22,274 nucleotides of DNA from an uncultured bacterium (GTDB lineage Bacteria > Gemmatimonadota > Gemmatimonadetes > Gemmatimonadales > Gemmatimonadaceae): contig CAXBQP010000050.1 of NCBI GenBank assembly GCA_963978095.1, positions 1 to 22,274 of the forward strand, read 5' to 3'. Within the stretch, counting starts at the first letter, position 1; each line of letters begins with the position of its first letter. The notes beneath the pieces were generated by a model. It had not been told where the DNA came from, did no database searches, and worked only from the letters and a program-made list of their open reading frames with translations. Made by a program: the position numbers and the translations under genes. Positions 7,277 to 16,402 of the stretch are shown here, in pieces.

Positions 7277-8461
7277 TCAGCCGGTCCTCGTGGCGGACGC
7301 GCGCGGGCGGATGGCGGCGGCCGCCTGGGTGAACACGGCGAACTGTTCGTCGGCGATGCGGTCCCAGTCATAGCGGGCCGCGCTCGCGGTGGCGGCGGCC
7401 GACATCCGCTGACACAGGACGTGGTCATCACGCAAGCGCAGCACTTTCTCACGCAGCGCCTCGGGACCGAACGGCACCAGCCAGCCGTTCTCCTCAGGCG
7501 TCACGAGCTCGTCCGTGCCGTTGATCGCATGGGCGATGATCGGCAGACCGGCGGCCGCCGCCTCGAGCGTCACCAGCGAGAAGGCCTCGTAGCGCGAGGG
7601 AAAGACGAAGCCGTCGCACGCGGCATAGTACAACTCCGGTGTCGGCGTCGGCGGCACGAACAGCACCTGGTCGCGGGCCCCGACACGTGCCGCGTGGGCC
7701 GAGAAGCGCGCGGTATCGCCGCGGCCCAGCACGACCAGCCGCGCATCCCGCACGCCGGCGATCGCGGCCATCGCGTCGCGCACCCCCTTGCGTTCCCAAT
7801 CGCCCCCCACGAACAACGCCAGGAACTCGTCGGCGGGCAATCCCAGCTGCTGCCGCAGCGCGCGCTTGTGGCGTCCATCCTCCGCGGGCTTGAAGACGGC
7901 TCGGTCCACGCCGTTCGGCACGACCGTGATCCGATCCTCGGCAACGCCGTAGAACTCGCGCAGTTCGCGCGCCGTTCCGTGGGACACGGCGATCACCCGC
8001 TGCAGGCGTGCGGAACCATACGCGTGCCGTTCCTCGGCGACGAACCGCGCACCGGACGCCCGTTGATACAGCGCGCGCAGCCCGCGTCCCCCGCGGAGTC
8101 CGCCGAATCGGGCCACGAACGCCGCGTGGCAGAACTGGGCCGTGATGACATCGGCGTCACGCGCGGCCGCACCGATGGCGTTCGTGATGGTGGCCCCGAC
8201 GCGCACCTCGGCCGCGCGGGCCGCCCTCGCAAAGGCCCAGGTGCGCACGACCGCGGGGCGCGCCGGCACCCGCAGCTGCTCGAACCGGATCGGCGCCCCC
8301 GGGACGTCGCATTCGCTCGCGAGCACCGTGACTCCGACCCGCCGAGCCACGCGCGACACCACCTCGGCGGCCGCTCGCTCCATCCCCCCGCGGCGGTGCA
8401 CCGCGTGCGCCACAACGGCGAGCGAGAAGGGGCCCGGATCCGGGGGCGCGGCGACGGTCAT
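7277..8461 (-). CDS. GT4 glycosyltransferase (394 aa)
   Basis: GGMERAAAE, VVPNGVD, LFVGGDWERKG, FPSRYEAFSLVTLEA and YDWDRIA. Its stop abuts the asnB-fusion start with no gap. Confidence 0.93.
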   Translation of the reverse strand: MTVAAPPDPGPFSLAVVAHAVHRRGGMERAAAEVVSRVARRVGVTVLASECDVPGAPIRFEQLRVPARPAVVRTWAFARAARAAEVRVGATITNAIGAAARDADVITAQFCHAAFVARFGGLRGGRGLRALYQRASGARFVAEERHAYGSARLQRVIAVSHGTARELREFYGVAEDRITVVPNGVDRAVFKPAEDGRHKRALRQQLGLPADEFLALFVGGDWERKGVRDAMAAIAGVRDARLVVLGRGDTARFSAHAARVGARDQVLFVPPTPTPELYYAACDGFVFPSRYEAFSLVTLEAAAAGLPIIAHAINGTDELVTPEENGWLVPFGPEALREKVLRLRDDHVLCQRMSAAATASAARYDWDRIADEQFAVFTQAAAAIRPRASATRTG

Positions 8462-8577
8462 GCACGCAAGATCGGCTCCGGACTTGCCCAGTCAAGGCAC
8501 AGCGGGGATAACTTTCCCTCGTTGTTCGCCCGGCCGCGGCCTGCGGCCCGGCCCCAGACCGTCCCCAGCCCCGGACC
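8462..8577. promoter_or_regulatory. Divergent promoter region (116 bp)
   Basis: Minus strand GATCTT-N6-ATG(8461); plus strand TAACTT at 8509-8514; imperfect palindrome CTTGcccagtCAAG at 8483-8496. Confidence 0.4.
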
Positions 8578-9402
8578 GTGCCTCCTCAGCCCTCCACGAT
8601 CCGCCCGTTCAACAGCCGCCTGCTCCCGGATTTCGGGGAACTCTGGCAGTACCGCGAACTGGTGTGGACCTTTGCGGCCCGGGACCTCCGGCTGCGGTAT
8701 CGGCAAACCGTCCTCGGCGTGCTCTGGGTGGTGATCCAGCCGATCATCGCCGCCGGGGTGTTCACGTTCGTGTTCGGCAAGGTCGCACAGTTGGATGACG
8801 GCGACGGCCGCTACTTCCTGCTGGCCTTTGCCGGCTACGCCGGATTCCAGGTCTTTCAGTCGACGCTCGCCAAAGCCGGGGCGTCGCTCCTGTCCAACTC
8901 GCACGTGCTGACCAAGGTGTATTTCCCGCGGCTCGTGTTGCCGCTGTCCGGGATCCTGTCGACGCTCGTCGACGTGGGCGTTGCGCTCGTGGTGTTCGGC
9001 GCGACCGCCCTGGTCAAAGGGGTCTCGGTGGGGTGGCCGGTGCTGCTCTTCCCGGTCTGGGTGCTCCTGGCGCTGGTGCTCGGGCTCGGGCTCGGATTGG
9101 TCGTCGCCGCATGGAGCGTGCGGTTCCGCGATGTGCAACACGTGCTCCCGATCGTGATGCAACTGCTCGTGTACGCGACCCCCGTGGGGTACGCGACCTC
9201 CAAAGTACCTGCCGCCTTCCGGCCGTGGCTGGCATTGAATCCGCTCAGCGGACTCATGGACGGGATTCGCTGGAGCCTGCTCGGGATGCAACCGCCGTCG
9301 GTGGGCGCGACGCTCTGGCTGGGTATCGCGAGCCTGTCGGCGACCGCCGCCGGACTCCTGGTCTTCCACCGCTTCGAGCAGGATCTGGCGGATGTCATCT
9401 GA
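8578..9402 (+). CDS. wzm: ABC-2 polysaccharide/polyol-phosphate export permease (Wzm-type)
   Basis: ELWQYRELVWTFAARDLRLRYRQTVLGVLWVVIQP, LTKVYFPR, RFRDV, YATPVGY and LNPLSGLMDGIR, with six hydrophobic segments. GTG start. Confidence 0.95.
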   Translation: MPPQPSTIRPFNSRLLPDFGELWQYRELVWTFAARDLRLRYRQTVLGVLWVVIQPIIAAGVFTFVFGKVAQLDDGDGRYFLLAFAGYAGFQVFQSTLAKAGASLLSNSHVLTKVYFPRLVLPLSGILSTLVDVGVALVVFGATALVKGVSVGWPVLLFPVWVLLALVLGLGLGLVVAAWSVRFRDVQHVLPIVMQLLVYATPVGYATSKVPAAFRPWLALNPLSGLMDGIRWSLLGMQPPSVGATLWLGIASLSATAAGLLVFHRFEQDLADVI

Positions 9403-10636
9403 CCGGATCGCGCTCCGCGCGCGCGGCATCGGCAAGCAGTACGACATCAGCGACCACGCCTCCGCGGCCACGACGTTGGCGGAAGCGATGGTGGATCGTC
9501 TCCGGGGCCGCGCGCGGCGCGACCGCAAGCTGCTGTGGGCGCTCGATGACGTGAGCTTCGATATCGAGGCGGGTTCCGCCTACGGCATCATCGGCCGCAA
9601 CGGAGCCGGCAAGAGTACGCTGCTCAAGATCCTGAGCCGCATCACACGCCCCACGCGTGGACAGGTCGAGGTGCGCGGGCGCGTGGGAAGCCTGCTCGAG
9701 GTGGGGACCGGATTCCATCCGGAGCTCACGGGACGCGAGAACATCTTTCTCAACGGGGCGATCCTCGGGATGCGCCGGCGCGAGATCGTCCGGCAGTTCG
9801 ACGCCATCGTAGCGTTCGCCGAGACCGAGGCGTTCCTCGATGTACCGGTCAAGCGCTACAGCAGCGGGATGTACGTGCGGCTGGCGTTCGCCGTCGCCGC
9901 GCATCTCGAGCCGGACATCCTGATCGTGGACGAAGTCCTCGCCGTGGGCGATGCCGCGTTCCAGAAGAAGTGCCTCGGCAAGATGGGGGATGTCACGCGG
10001 CAGGATGGCCGCACCGTGCTGCTCGTCAGTCACAACCTGGTGGCCGTGACGGGGCTCTGCACGCGCGCCATGCTGCTCGATCAGGGCCGTCTCGTGAGCG
10101 AGGGATCGGTCCAGGCGGTCGCTGCGGACTACATGCGGTCACTCGAGCAGCACGGCAGCAGCGATCTCGCCACCCGCACGGATCGCAGTGGAACGGGACG
10201 ACTGACGCTGACGAGCGTGCGCGTCACCGGACCGATGCCGCACGCGCCGGTACAGTCGGGCGCGGAGGCCATGATCTCGATCGGCTACGAGACCGCAGAC
10301 GGAAAGCCGGCGCGGAACGTCCACTTCTCCTGCGGCGTGCGCGGCATGCTCGATGAGCGGCTGTTCCATTTGTCGACCTCGAACGCCGGCGAAGACTTCG
10401 CCGAGGTACCGGCCAAGGGGGTCGTCCGGTGCCGCGTCCCCCGACTCCCGCTGCAGCCCGGGCGATACCATCTCGCGCTCTTCACGATGACGTCGCAGGA
10501 GATCACGGACTATGTCCCGCATGCGGGTGCACTCGACGTCGAGGCGGGGGACTTCTTCGGCTCGGGACGCCTTCCACCCGCGGACGAAGGGCAGCTGTTG
10601 GTCAACCACTCGTGGGAGGTCGACACCGGCGCGTGA
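9392..10636 (+). CDS. wzt: ABC exporter ATP-binding protein with C-terminal Wzt_C-type domain
   Basis: Walker A GRNGAGKST, signature YSSGMYVRLAFA, Walker B ILIVDE and H-loop VSH, followed by a ~155-aa beta-rich extension (DRSGTG...LPLQPGRY). Overlaps wzm by 11 nt. Confidence 0.95.
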   Translation: MSSDRIALRARGIGKQYDISDHASAATTLAEAMVDRLRGRARRDRKLLWALDDVSFDIEAGSAYGIIGRNGAGKSTLLKILSRITRPTRGQVEVRGRVGSLLEVGTGFHPELTGRENIFLNGAILGMRRREIVRQFDAIVAFAETEAFLDVPVKRYSSGMYVRLAFAVAAHLEPDILIVDEVLAVGDAAFQKKCLGKMGDVTRQDGRTVLLVSHNLVAVTGLCTRAMLLDQGRLVSEGSVQAVAADYMRSLEQHGSSDLATRTDRSGTGRLTLTSVRVTGPMPHAPVQSGAEAMISIGYETADGKPARNVHFSCGVRGMLDERLFHLSTSNAGEDFAEVPAKGVVRCRVPRLPLQPGRYHLALFTMTSQEITDYVPHAGALDVEAGDFFGSGRLPPADEGQLLVNHSWEVDTGA

Positions 10637-10646
10637 ATCGCCGCAT

Positions 10647-10667
10647 GCGCGGGGCCCCGCGCGGGGC
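10647..10667. other. Overlapping GC palindromes between convergent genes (possible bidirectional pause/terminator)
   Basis: GCGCGGGGCCCCGCGC (10647-10662) and GCCCCGCGCGGGGC (10654-10667) are both perfect palindromes. There is no U-tract. Confidence 0.35.
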
Positions 10668-11786
10668 TCAGCGCGCGGGGCGCACCAACTCCTGGACGGC
10701 GTGTACCACCGCACGCGCATAGCGGGGTTCGTCGAACGCCCGGGCACGTGCCACGGCGCGTGTGCCACAGGAAGCCGCGAGGATCGGATCGTCGAGAAAT
10801 CGGGTGATGGCCCGCGCGAGCGCGGCGCTGTCTCCGTAGGGCGCGAGCAGTCCATCGACGCCGTCCGTGATCACTTCCGCCGGTCCCCCCAACGATCCGG
10901 CGACGACGGGCTTGCCGAGCGCCATCGCTTCGATCACGACGATGCCGAAGGGTTCGCGATCGGAGGCGTGCACCACCACATCCATGGCCTGCATCCAGCG
11001 TGGGATGTCCCGCTGAAAGCCGGCGAGTGTCACCTGCGCGCCCAAGCCGAGCTGTGCGATCTGCGCCGCGAGTTCGCGTGCATACTCCGGCTCGGTCTCA
11101 TGCGCCCCACCGACGACCAGCAGGTGCGCATCGGGGTGTGCCCGGAGGACCTCGGGCATCGCCGCGATGACCACGTGCATCCCCTTCCACCGTTGCAAAC
11201 GGCCCACGATGCCGATCAGCGGCCCCTGCGGTGGGACTCCCAACGCGGCGCGCATGGCCGGCGGCGGCGGGAGCAGCGTCGCGTCGAACGCCGCGAGTGA
11301 CACCCCGGGGTAGACGAGTCGCTGCGGACGTCGTGGGCGCAGCGCCTGCTGCGCGGCCGCCCCGGCCTGCGAGAGCACGATCACCCCGCGCGCCGGGAGC
11401 ATGGTCGCGATGCGATCCAGCAGATCGCCCTGCGGCAATCCGACTTGGTACCAGACGGCGGGAATTCCGCTGAGCCAGGACGCCATTCCCACCATCAGCT
11501 GCGCGGCGACCATCCACGCGAGCAACGCATCGGCGTGCACCTCACGGGCGATCGCCACGATGGCGCGCACCGCGGCCCACCGCTGGCGCAGGTGGCGGAA
11601 TCGGCCAGCCTCCACCACGCGCACGTCGTGACCGTGTGCACGCGCCTCGGCGACCATGGGACCGTCGCGCAGGAAAATCACCGTGAAGGCCACGGCGGGG
11701 TCGTGCGGCTGCCGCAAGAGCTGCGTGAGCATGAGCTCACCGCCGCCCAGTTGCCGTCCCAGCGGCATCACCACGACGATTCTCAC
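10668..11786 (-). CDS. GT4 glycosyltransferase (372 aa)
   Basis: GTG 11786 (GTGA overlap) gives MRIVVVMPLGRQLGGGE, with VGRLQRWKGMH and EPFGIVVIEAMA. Confidence 0.92.
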   Translation of the reverse strand: MRIVVVMPLGRQLGGGELMLTQLLRQPHDPAVAFTVIFLRDGPMVAEARAHGHDVRVVEAGRFRHLRQRWAAVRAIVAIAREVHADALLAWMVAAQLMVGMASWLSGIPAVWYQVGLPQGDLLDRIATMLPARGVIVLSQAGAAAQQALRPRRPQRLVYPGVSLAAFDATLLPPPPAMRAALGVPPQGPLIGIVGRLQRWKGMHVVIAAMPEVLRAHPDAHLLVVGGAHETEPEYARELAAQIAQLGLGAQVTLAGFQRDIPRWMQAMDVVVHASDREPFGIVVIEAMALGKPVVAGSLGGPAEVITDGVDGLLAPYGDSAALARAITRFLDDPILAASCGTRAVARARAFDEPRYARAVVHAVQELVRPAR

Positions 11787-12730
11787 GCCCCACCTCGCGG
11801 GGCACGAACGCCGTCGAGGCGACCACGCATCGCGGCCGCAAAGTCGCGCCACCGCCACCCCTGCCCCATGAACAGGAGCCGCGGCATCTGCAGAACACCC
11901 GGCAACATGCGCGTGCCGACCAGCACCGCCCACCACAGAAACGCGGTGGCACGCCACGCGGGGAGGAACTCCAGCAGGATCATCGTCTCATTGGACGCCG
12001 CAATGCGCAGTTCGTCCGCGTTGAACAGGCCGCGGTGATACTGATCATCCACCTGCCGCGGCTCGATGTGATGATCGACACCGAGCGCCGGGTCGTACAC
12101 CAGGCGCCACCCGCGGCGCTGGAGCGCGAGTCCGACCCGCAGCTCCCACCCCCACTGCGATCCCGTTCCGCGCAGGTGTGTGCCGAATCCGACCTCACGC
12201 AGCGGTGCGGTGCGATACGCGCTGCATACGCCTTTGAGCAGATCCACGTCCCGTGCCGCGCCGTGACCCAGATGATGATTCCCGATCACACGACCGAACC
12301 ACTGCACGAGCCCCACCGGTTCGGCCGTCCCGCGTTCCCATGGCTGCCAGTCGCGTCCACCGAAGCCGCCGAGTGTGGCGTCGGCGTCGAAGGCGGCGAG
12401 AATCCGGGCGCAATAGTCGGGATGCGCCGTGGCATCGTCGTCGAGCAGTGCCGTGATGTCGCAGCGCGCGCTGACGTCGTGGAGCGCCGCAGACATCGCC
12501 GCCACGACGCCGGGAATCGTCGTCGTGACCGACCGCACGGAGAGTCCCTGCGCTGCCGCGGCGGCGATCACCGCGCGCGTCGGCGCATCGTCATCCCGTG
12601 TGCCGACCACGACCTCGTCGGGTCGTCGGGTCTGATCCGCCAGCGATGCAAGGCAACGGGCGAGTGCCGCCGGCCGGCGGAAGCTCGGGACGATGACCGC
12701 GAGGCCCGACGCGCGCGATCCCTCCGTCAT
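11783..12730 (-). CDS. GT2 glycosyltransferase (315 aa)
   Basis: ATG 12730 (ATGA overlap); AVIVPSFRRP, DXD-type LLDDDA, GGRDW, IGNHHLG and DLLKG. Confidence 0.92.
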   Translation of the reverse strand: MTEGSRASGLAVIVPSFRRPAALARCLASLADQTRRPDEVVVGTRDDDAPTRAVIAAAAAQGLSVRSVTTTIPGVVAAMSAALHDVSARCDITALLDDDATAHPDYCARILAAFDADATLGGFGGRDWQPWERGTAEPVGLVQWFGRVIGNHHLGHGAARDVDLLKGVCSAYRTAPLREVGFGTHLRGTGSQWGWELRVGLALQRRGWRLVYDPALGVDHHIEPRQVDDQYHRGLFNADELRIAASNETMILLEFLPAWRATAFLWWAVLVGTRMLPGVLQMPRLLFMGQGWRWRDFAAAMRGRLDGVRAPRGGA

Positions 12731-13467
12731 GCGGAGGGGGTAGCGCGCAGGGGAGTTCGGGTCGCGACCGCCGTGATCACCACGGGATAATCCGGATCGT
12801 GGGGGGCCAGTTCCGCGTCCGTCAGTTCGTCGGCGGCCATTCCCGCGAGATATGCGTGGGCGGCGATGTGATTGCCGCAGGCGCTGACCTGCACCTGATC
12901 CGCGCCGAACTCCGTCGCCAGCAATCGCGTGAGTGACTGCGGCGTGAGATGCCAAAACTCCCCCCACCGCACGACGTCGTACTGGCTCACCGGTGCGATC
13001 GCCGGCGCGGTGATCAGCACGGTGCCCCCGGGCGCGAGGGCCCGGTGGATCGTGCGCATCGCCCCCGGCAGATCGAACACGCACTGCAGGACCTGCGTCA
13101 GAATGATCGCGTCGAAGGCGCCCTCGGGAATCCCGGCTCCGGTCTGGAGATCGCCGACGATCGTCGCCGCGGGATTCCCCTCGACGACCATCAGCACGTC
13201 GGACCGGGTGACCCGCGCGCCACCGAACCGACGCGTGTAGTCGTTGCCGGCGACTTCCAGCACGCGTCCGTGGATGCCTCCCGCATGCGCGGCGAGAAAT
13301 CGCGTGATGTACCAGCGACAGATGGGTTGCCCGCGATCGCTGCCGAAGACGCGACTCAGGGGCTCCGGCGAGCGCAGGTCGCCGAGATTCACCGCGCCAC
13401 CGCGCCGCCACCAGACGCGGACCGCCAGCGGCACGAATCGGCGGACGATGCGGTCGACGATGCTCAC
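12727..13467 (-). CDS. Class I SAM-dependent methyltransferase-like protein
   Basis: PLSRVFGSDRGQPI.R.YI, GRVLEVAG, FDAIILTQVL and RALAPGGTVLIT. GTG 13467 was chosen because TAGCTT lies 7 nt upstream; GTG 13512 is the alternative. Confidence 0.85.
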   Translation of the reverse strand: MSIVDRIVRRFVPLAVRVWWRRGGAVNLGDLRSPEPLSRVFGSDRGQPICRWYITRFLAAHAGGIHGRVLEVAGNDYTRRFGGARVTRSDVLMVVEGNPAATIVGDLQTGAGIPEGAFDAIILTQVLQCVFDLPGAMRTIHRALAPGGTVLITAPAIAPVSQYDVVRWGEFWHLTPQSLTRLLATEFGADQVQVSACGNHIAAHAYLAGMAADELTDAELAPHDPDYPVVITAVATRTPLRATPSA

Positions 13468-13474
13468 GAGAGGG

Positions 13475-13480
13475 AAGCTA
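13475..13480 (-). promoter_or_regulatory. -10-like element TAGCTT, 7 nt upstream of GTG 13467
   Basis: The minus strand reads TAGCTT-ccctctc-GTG. It lies in the only real gap (75 bp) within the 15641-10668 block. Confidence 0.5.
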
Positions 13481-13542
13481 TGGGCGCGTCCGAGCGCCGC
13501 AAGCGGTGCCACGAACGCGACACCTTTGTCTCGCCATGCGCG

Positions 13543-14682
13543 TCAACGCGTGGGTGCGGTGGCGGCTTGCAGCAGAAGGTCGGCATACGCACCGCGAAGC
13601 CGCTCCCAACTGAAGCGGTCGAACGCGCGCCGGTGTCGCGCGCGTCGCATGAAGTCGTCCGCGCCGCCTGCGAGCACGCGTGCGAGCACGCCCGTCAACA
13701 ACGTCGACAGCGCGCCACTGGTGCGAAAATCCCCGAAGCATCCATCGTCACCCAGCAGTTCGCGCGACACCGCGAAGTCATGGGCCAGCACGGGGAGTCC
13801 GGCCGCCAGGGCTTCCACGTAGGCAAGACCGAAGCCTTCACGGAGCGATGCCATCACGAACACGTCAGCCGCCGCATACCACCGCGGCATCTCGGGATGC
13901 GGGACGTTGTGCCATTGAAAGCCGTCGGCGCCGAGCAGTTCCGTGGCGAGCGTCAGGACGGCGGGCGTCTCCGCGGTCGCTGCTCCGAGCAGCACCAGCA
14001 ATGGTCGTGGTGCCGGCAGGGCGGCCAGCTCGCGAAGCAGATACGGGAGATGCTTGGTCTGCATGTCGAGCAATCCGACCGCGAGCACCACGGGCCGGTC
14101 GCCCGGGAGCCCCAGCGCCGCGCGGAGCGCCCCACGCGGCGGGGCGTACAGGGCGCTCGGGATCGCGACCCCGTGGGGGAGTACCACGTTGCGCGCCTCC
14201 GGCTCACCGCGCGCGAGCGCCTCGTCCCGGTACACCGTCGCCAGATGCTGTACGATGTCCGCGCGGGTGAACGGTCGCGTGGTCGCTCCGCCGTTGTAAT
14301 ACAACAGCCGGTATCGTTGCCCGGAGATCCGGCGCCAATGCCAACAGGCGTTGCCCACGTTGAGATCCGCGAAATACACCAGGTCGGGGCGCCCCGTGAT
14401 CAGATACGGGAGCAGCGACGCGAAAAAACTCCCTTGCTCCACGAAGTACGGACTCCGGCGCAGCAACCGCCCGAGTCCTTCCGCCGTCCGCGACGAGCGG
14501 GCCAACGACGGCAGCACGGTGTCCGACGGTTCGGTCGTCGCGGCGCCGGCGAACACGCGAATGTCGAGCCGCGCATCGCCCCGCAACGCATCGGAGACCT
14601 CACGCGTGAACGTCTCGAAGCCTCGCGCGACGCGTCCGAGCCCGGAACAGGGAATGAACACGCGCAGCGGCGCAGGACTCAC
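13543..14682 (-). CDS. GT4 glycosyltransferase (379 aa)
   Basis: LRVFIPCSGLGRVARGFETF, VLPHGV, VLAVG, EGFGLAYVEALAAGLPV and RFSWERL. GTGA overlap at the start. Confidence 0.92.
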   Translation of the reverse strand: MSPAPLRVFIPCSGLGRVARGFETFTREVSDALRGDARLDIRVFAGAATTEPSDTVLPSLARSSRTAEGLGRLLRRSPYFVEQGSFFASLLPYLITGRPDLVYFADLNVGNACWHWRRISGQRYRLLYYNGGATTRPFTRADIVQHLATVYRDEALARGEPEARNVVLPHGVAIPSALYAPPRGALRAALGLPGDRPVVLAVGLLDMQTKHLPYLLRELAALPAPRPLLVLLGAATAETPAVLTLATELLGADGFQWHNVPHPEMPRWYAAADVFVMASLREGFGLAYVEALAAGLPVLAHDFAVSRELLGDDGCFGDFRTSGALSTLLTGVLARVLAGGADDFMRRARHRRAFDRFSWERLRGAYADLLLQAATAPTR

Positions 14683-15641
14683 CGCTGCCCTCCCGGCACC
14701 ACGCCGGCCATCAGACGGCGGGCGGCGCCAAGGGCAACGCGCGTGAGGAGACTCGGCGGATATCCCGCGACCGCCGCGCGGAACAGACGCCAGCCGGCCG
14801 GTGTGCCTTCACGCGCCGCTGCCGTCAGGGCATGGCCGTAGCGCACGGTCGCGCGCCGCATCGCCACGAGATGCCGCACGCGCGGCTGGTCGAGCCATGG
14901 CACGAGCGGGAGGTAGCGCGCGCGAATCCGTTCCCATTCGCGCTCGAACTTGTCTCCCTCGGAGACCGTCTTGCTCGTCTCGTGGAAGCGGTAGCTCGCC
15001 ACCGGTCGCGGAATCACCGCGCAGCGCTCGCCGGCGGCCAGCAGGCGCGCGTACCACTCGATGTCGAACAGGTAGCGATAACTCTCGTCGAACAATCCAT
15101 GGCGATCGAAGAGCGACTTGCGCCAGAAATGGCCAGGTTGCGCGGCGATGAAGCGTCCACCGAGACATTGGGCCAGTGAGCGTGGGGGGTGTGCCATGTG
15201 CCACTGTTGCACGGGCCCACCGACGCTGCCGTCCCGACCGAACCCGAGGACGCCGCCGGCCACCCAGTGGACCCCCGGCACGGAGAGCGCCGTCACGGCC
15301 GCATCGAACGCGCCCGGGAGATAGGTATCGTCACTGTTCAGATACGCGATGATCTCGCCCGTCGCGCGCGCGATCCCCTTGTTGATCGCATGGCATTGAC
15401 CACCGTCCGGCTCACTGACCCACCAGTCGATGCCATCAGCCATCCGCGCGATCAGGGCCGCGCTGCCGTCCGTGCTGCCACCATCCACCACGAAATGTTC
15501 GAGGTTGGCATACCCCTGCGCACGGATCGATCGCACCGTCTCCTCGAGGAAGGCGGCTTGGTTGAACGACGGCGTGACGATCGTGATGCGTGGTACCAGA
15601 ACCGCTGGGGGATTCCCCATGCACGTCGCCTCCCGGGGCAT
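14679..15641 (-). CDS. GT2 glycosyltransferase (WcaE/WfgS-like)
   Basis: RITIVTPSFNQAAFLEET, VVDGGSTDGS, SEPDGGQCHAINKG, YLNSDD and QPGHFWR. Start at 15641 or 15620. Confidence 0.92.
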   Translation of the reverse strand: MPREATCMGNPPAVLVPRITIVTPSFNQAAFLEETVRSIRAQGYANLEHFVVDGGSTDGSAALIARMADGIDWWVSEPDGGQCHAINKGIARATGEIIAYLNSDDTYLPGAFDAAVTALSVPGVHWVAGGVLGFGRDGSVGGPVQQWHMAHPPRSLAQCLGGRFIAAQPGHFWRKSLFDRHGLFDESYRYLFDIEWYARLLAAGERCAVIPRPVASYRFHETSKTVSEGDKFEREWERIRARYLPLVPWLDQPRVRHLVAMRRATVRYGHALTAAAREGTPAGWRLFRAAVAGYPPSLLTRVALGAARRLMAGVVPGGQR

Positions 15642-15703
15642 CCGTCACGTTAGTCCGCGACCTGCGCGTGGCGCAATGGCTGTGCGGGTCCTAATTTGCG
15701 CAG
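15642..15703. promoter_or_regulatory. Compact 62-bp divergent promoter with back-to-back -10 boxes
   Basis: Minus strand TAACGT(15652-15647)-N5-ATG; plus strand TAATTT(15692-15697)-N6-GTG. Confidence 0.55.
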
Positions 15704-16402
15704 GTGCCCATCGCCCGCCGCTACCGACTCGCCGCTGGGCTCGCGCGGCTCTTCCCGGGACTGGGACGCTGGGCCGCTGCACGACGCCGATCCCGGGTCT
15801 TCGCACGGATCTTCGAGACCAATTATTGGGGCAGCCCGACCTCGGTGTCCGGCCCGGGGTCCGAGCTCGACCAGACAGCCGTGGTGCGGGACGCACTCCC
15901 CGCGCTCCTCGCCGCACACGGGGTCACGAGCATCCTCGACGCTCCGTGCGGCGATTTCCACTGGATGCAACACGTCGCACTCGGGGGCATCGGGTACACC
16001 GGCGTCGACATCGTGCCGGCTCTGATCGCGCGCAACCACGCAACCTACGGTTCCGAGGCGCGACGCTTCGCGTGCTGCGATCTGGTCGAGGGCGATCTCC
16101 CGCGCGCCGACCTGATCGTGTGCCGGGACTGTCTCGTCCACCTCTCCTACGACGAAACACGACGCGCCCTCGACAACTTCCGACGCAGTGGTGCCACCTG
16201 GCTGCTCACGACGACCTTCACGGGTGACCGGGCCAACCACGACATCGTCACCGGCGACTGGCGCCCCATCATGCTGCACAAGGCCCCGTACGGCTTCCCG
16301 ACACCGGTCGCGCTCATCGTCGAGGGATGCACCGAGTTCGAGGGGCGGTACCCCGACAAGTCACTCGCCCTCTGGCAGCTCGCGGACCTCCCGCAGTGGT
16401 GA
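15704..16402 (+). CDS. Class I SAM-dependent methyltransferase (232 aa)
   Basis: N.WG...SVSGPGS, motif I SILDAPCGDFHWM, YTGVDIV and DLIVCRDCLVHL. Confidence 0.9.
   Translation: MPIARRYRLAAGLARLFPGLGRWAAARRRSRVFARIFETNYWGSPTSVSGPGSELDQTAVVRDALPALLAAHGVTSILDAPCGDFHWMQHVALGGIGYTGVDIVPALIARNHATYGSEARRFACCDLVEGDLPRADLIVCRDCLVHLSYDETRRALDNFRRSGATWLLTTTFTGDRANHDIVTGDWRPIMLHKAPYGFPTPVALIVEGCTEFEGRYPDKSLALWQLADLPQW

Noticed and set aside
6557..8734. 725-aa + strand ORF, and similar long ORFs at 12949-14841 (+), 17397-19433 (-), 4574-5608 (+) and 20633-21634 (+)
   Set aside because: These are antisense shadows of well-supported genes. They are Arg/His/Gly-rich, lack motifs and are expected in high-GC DNA.
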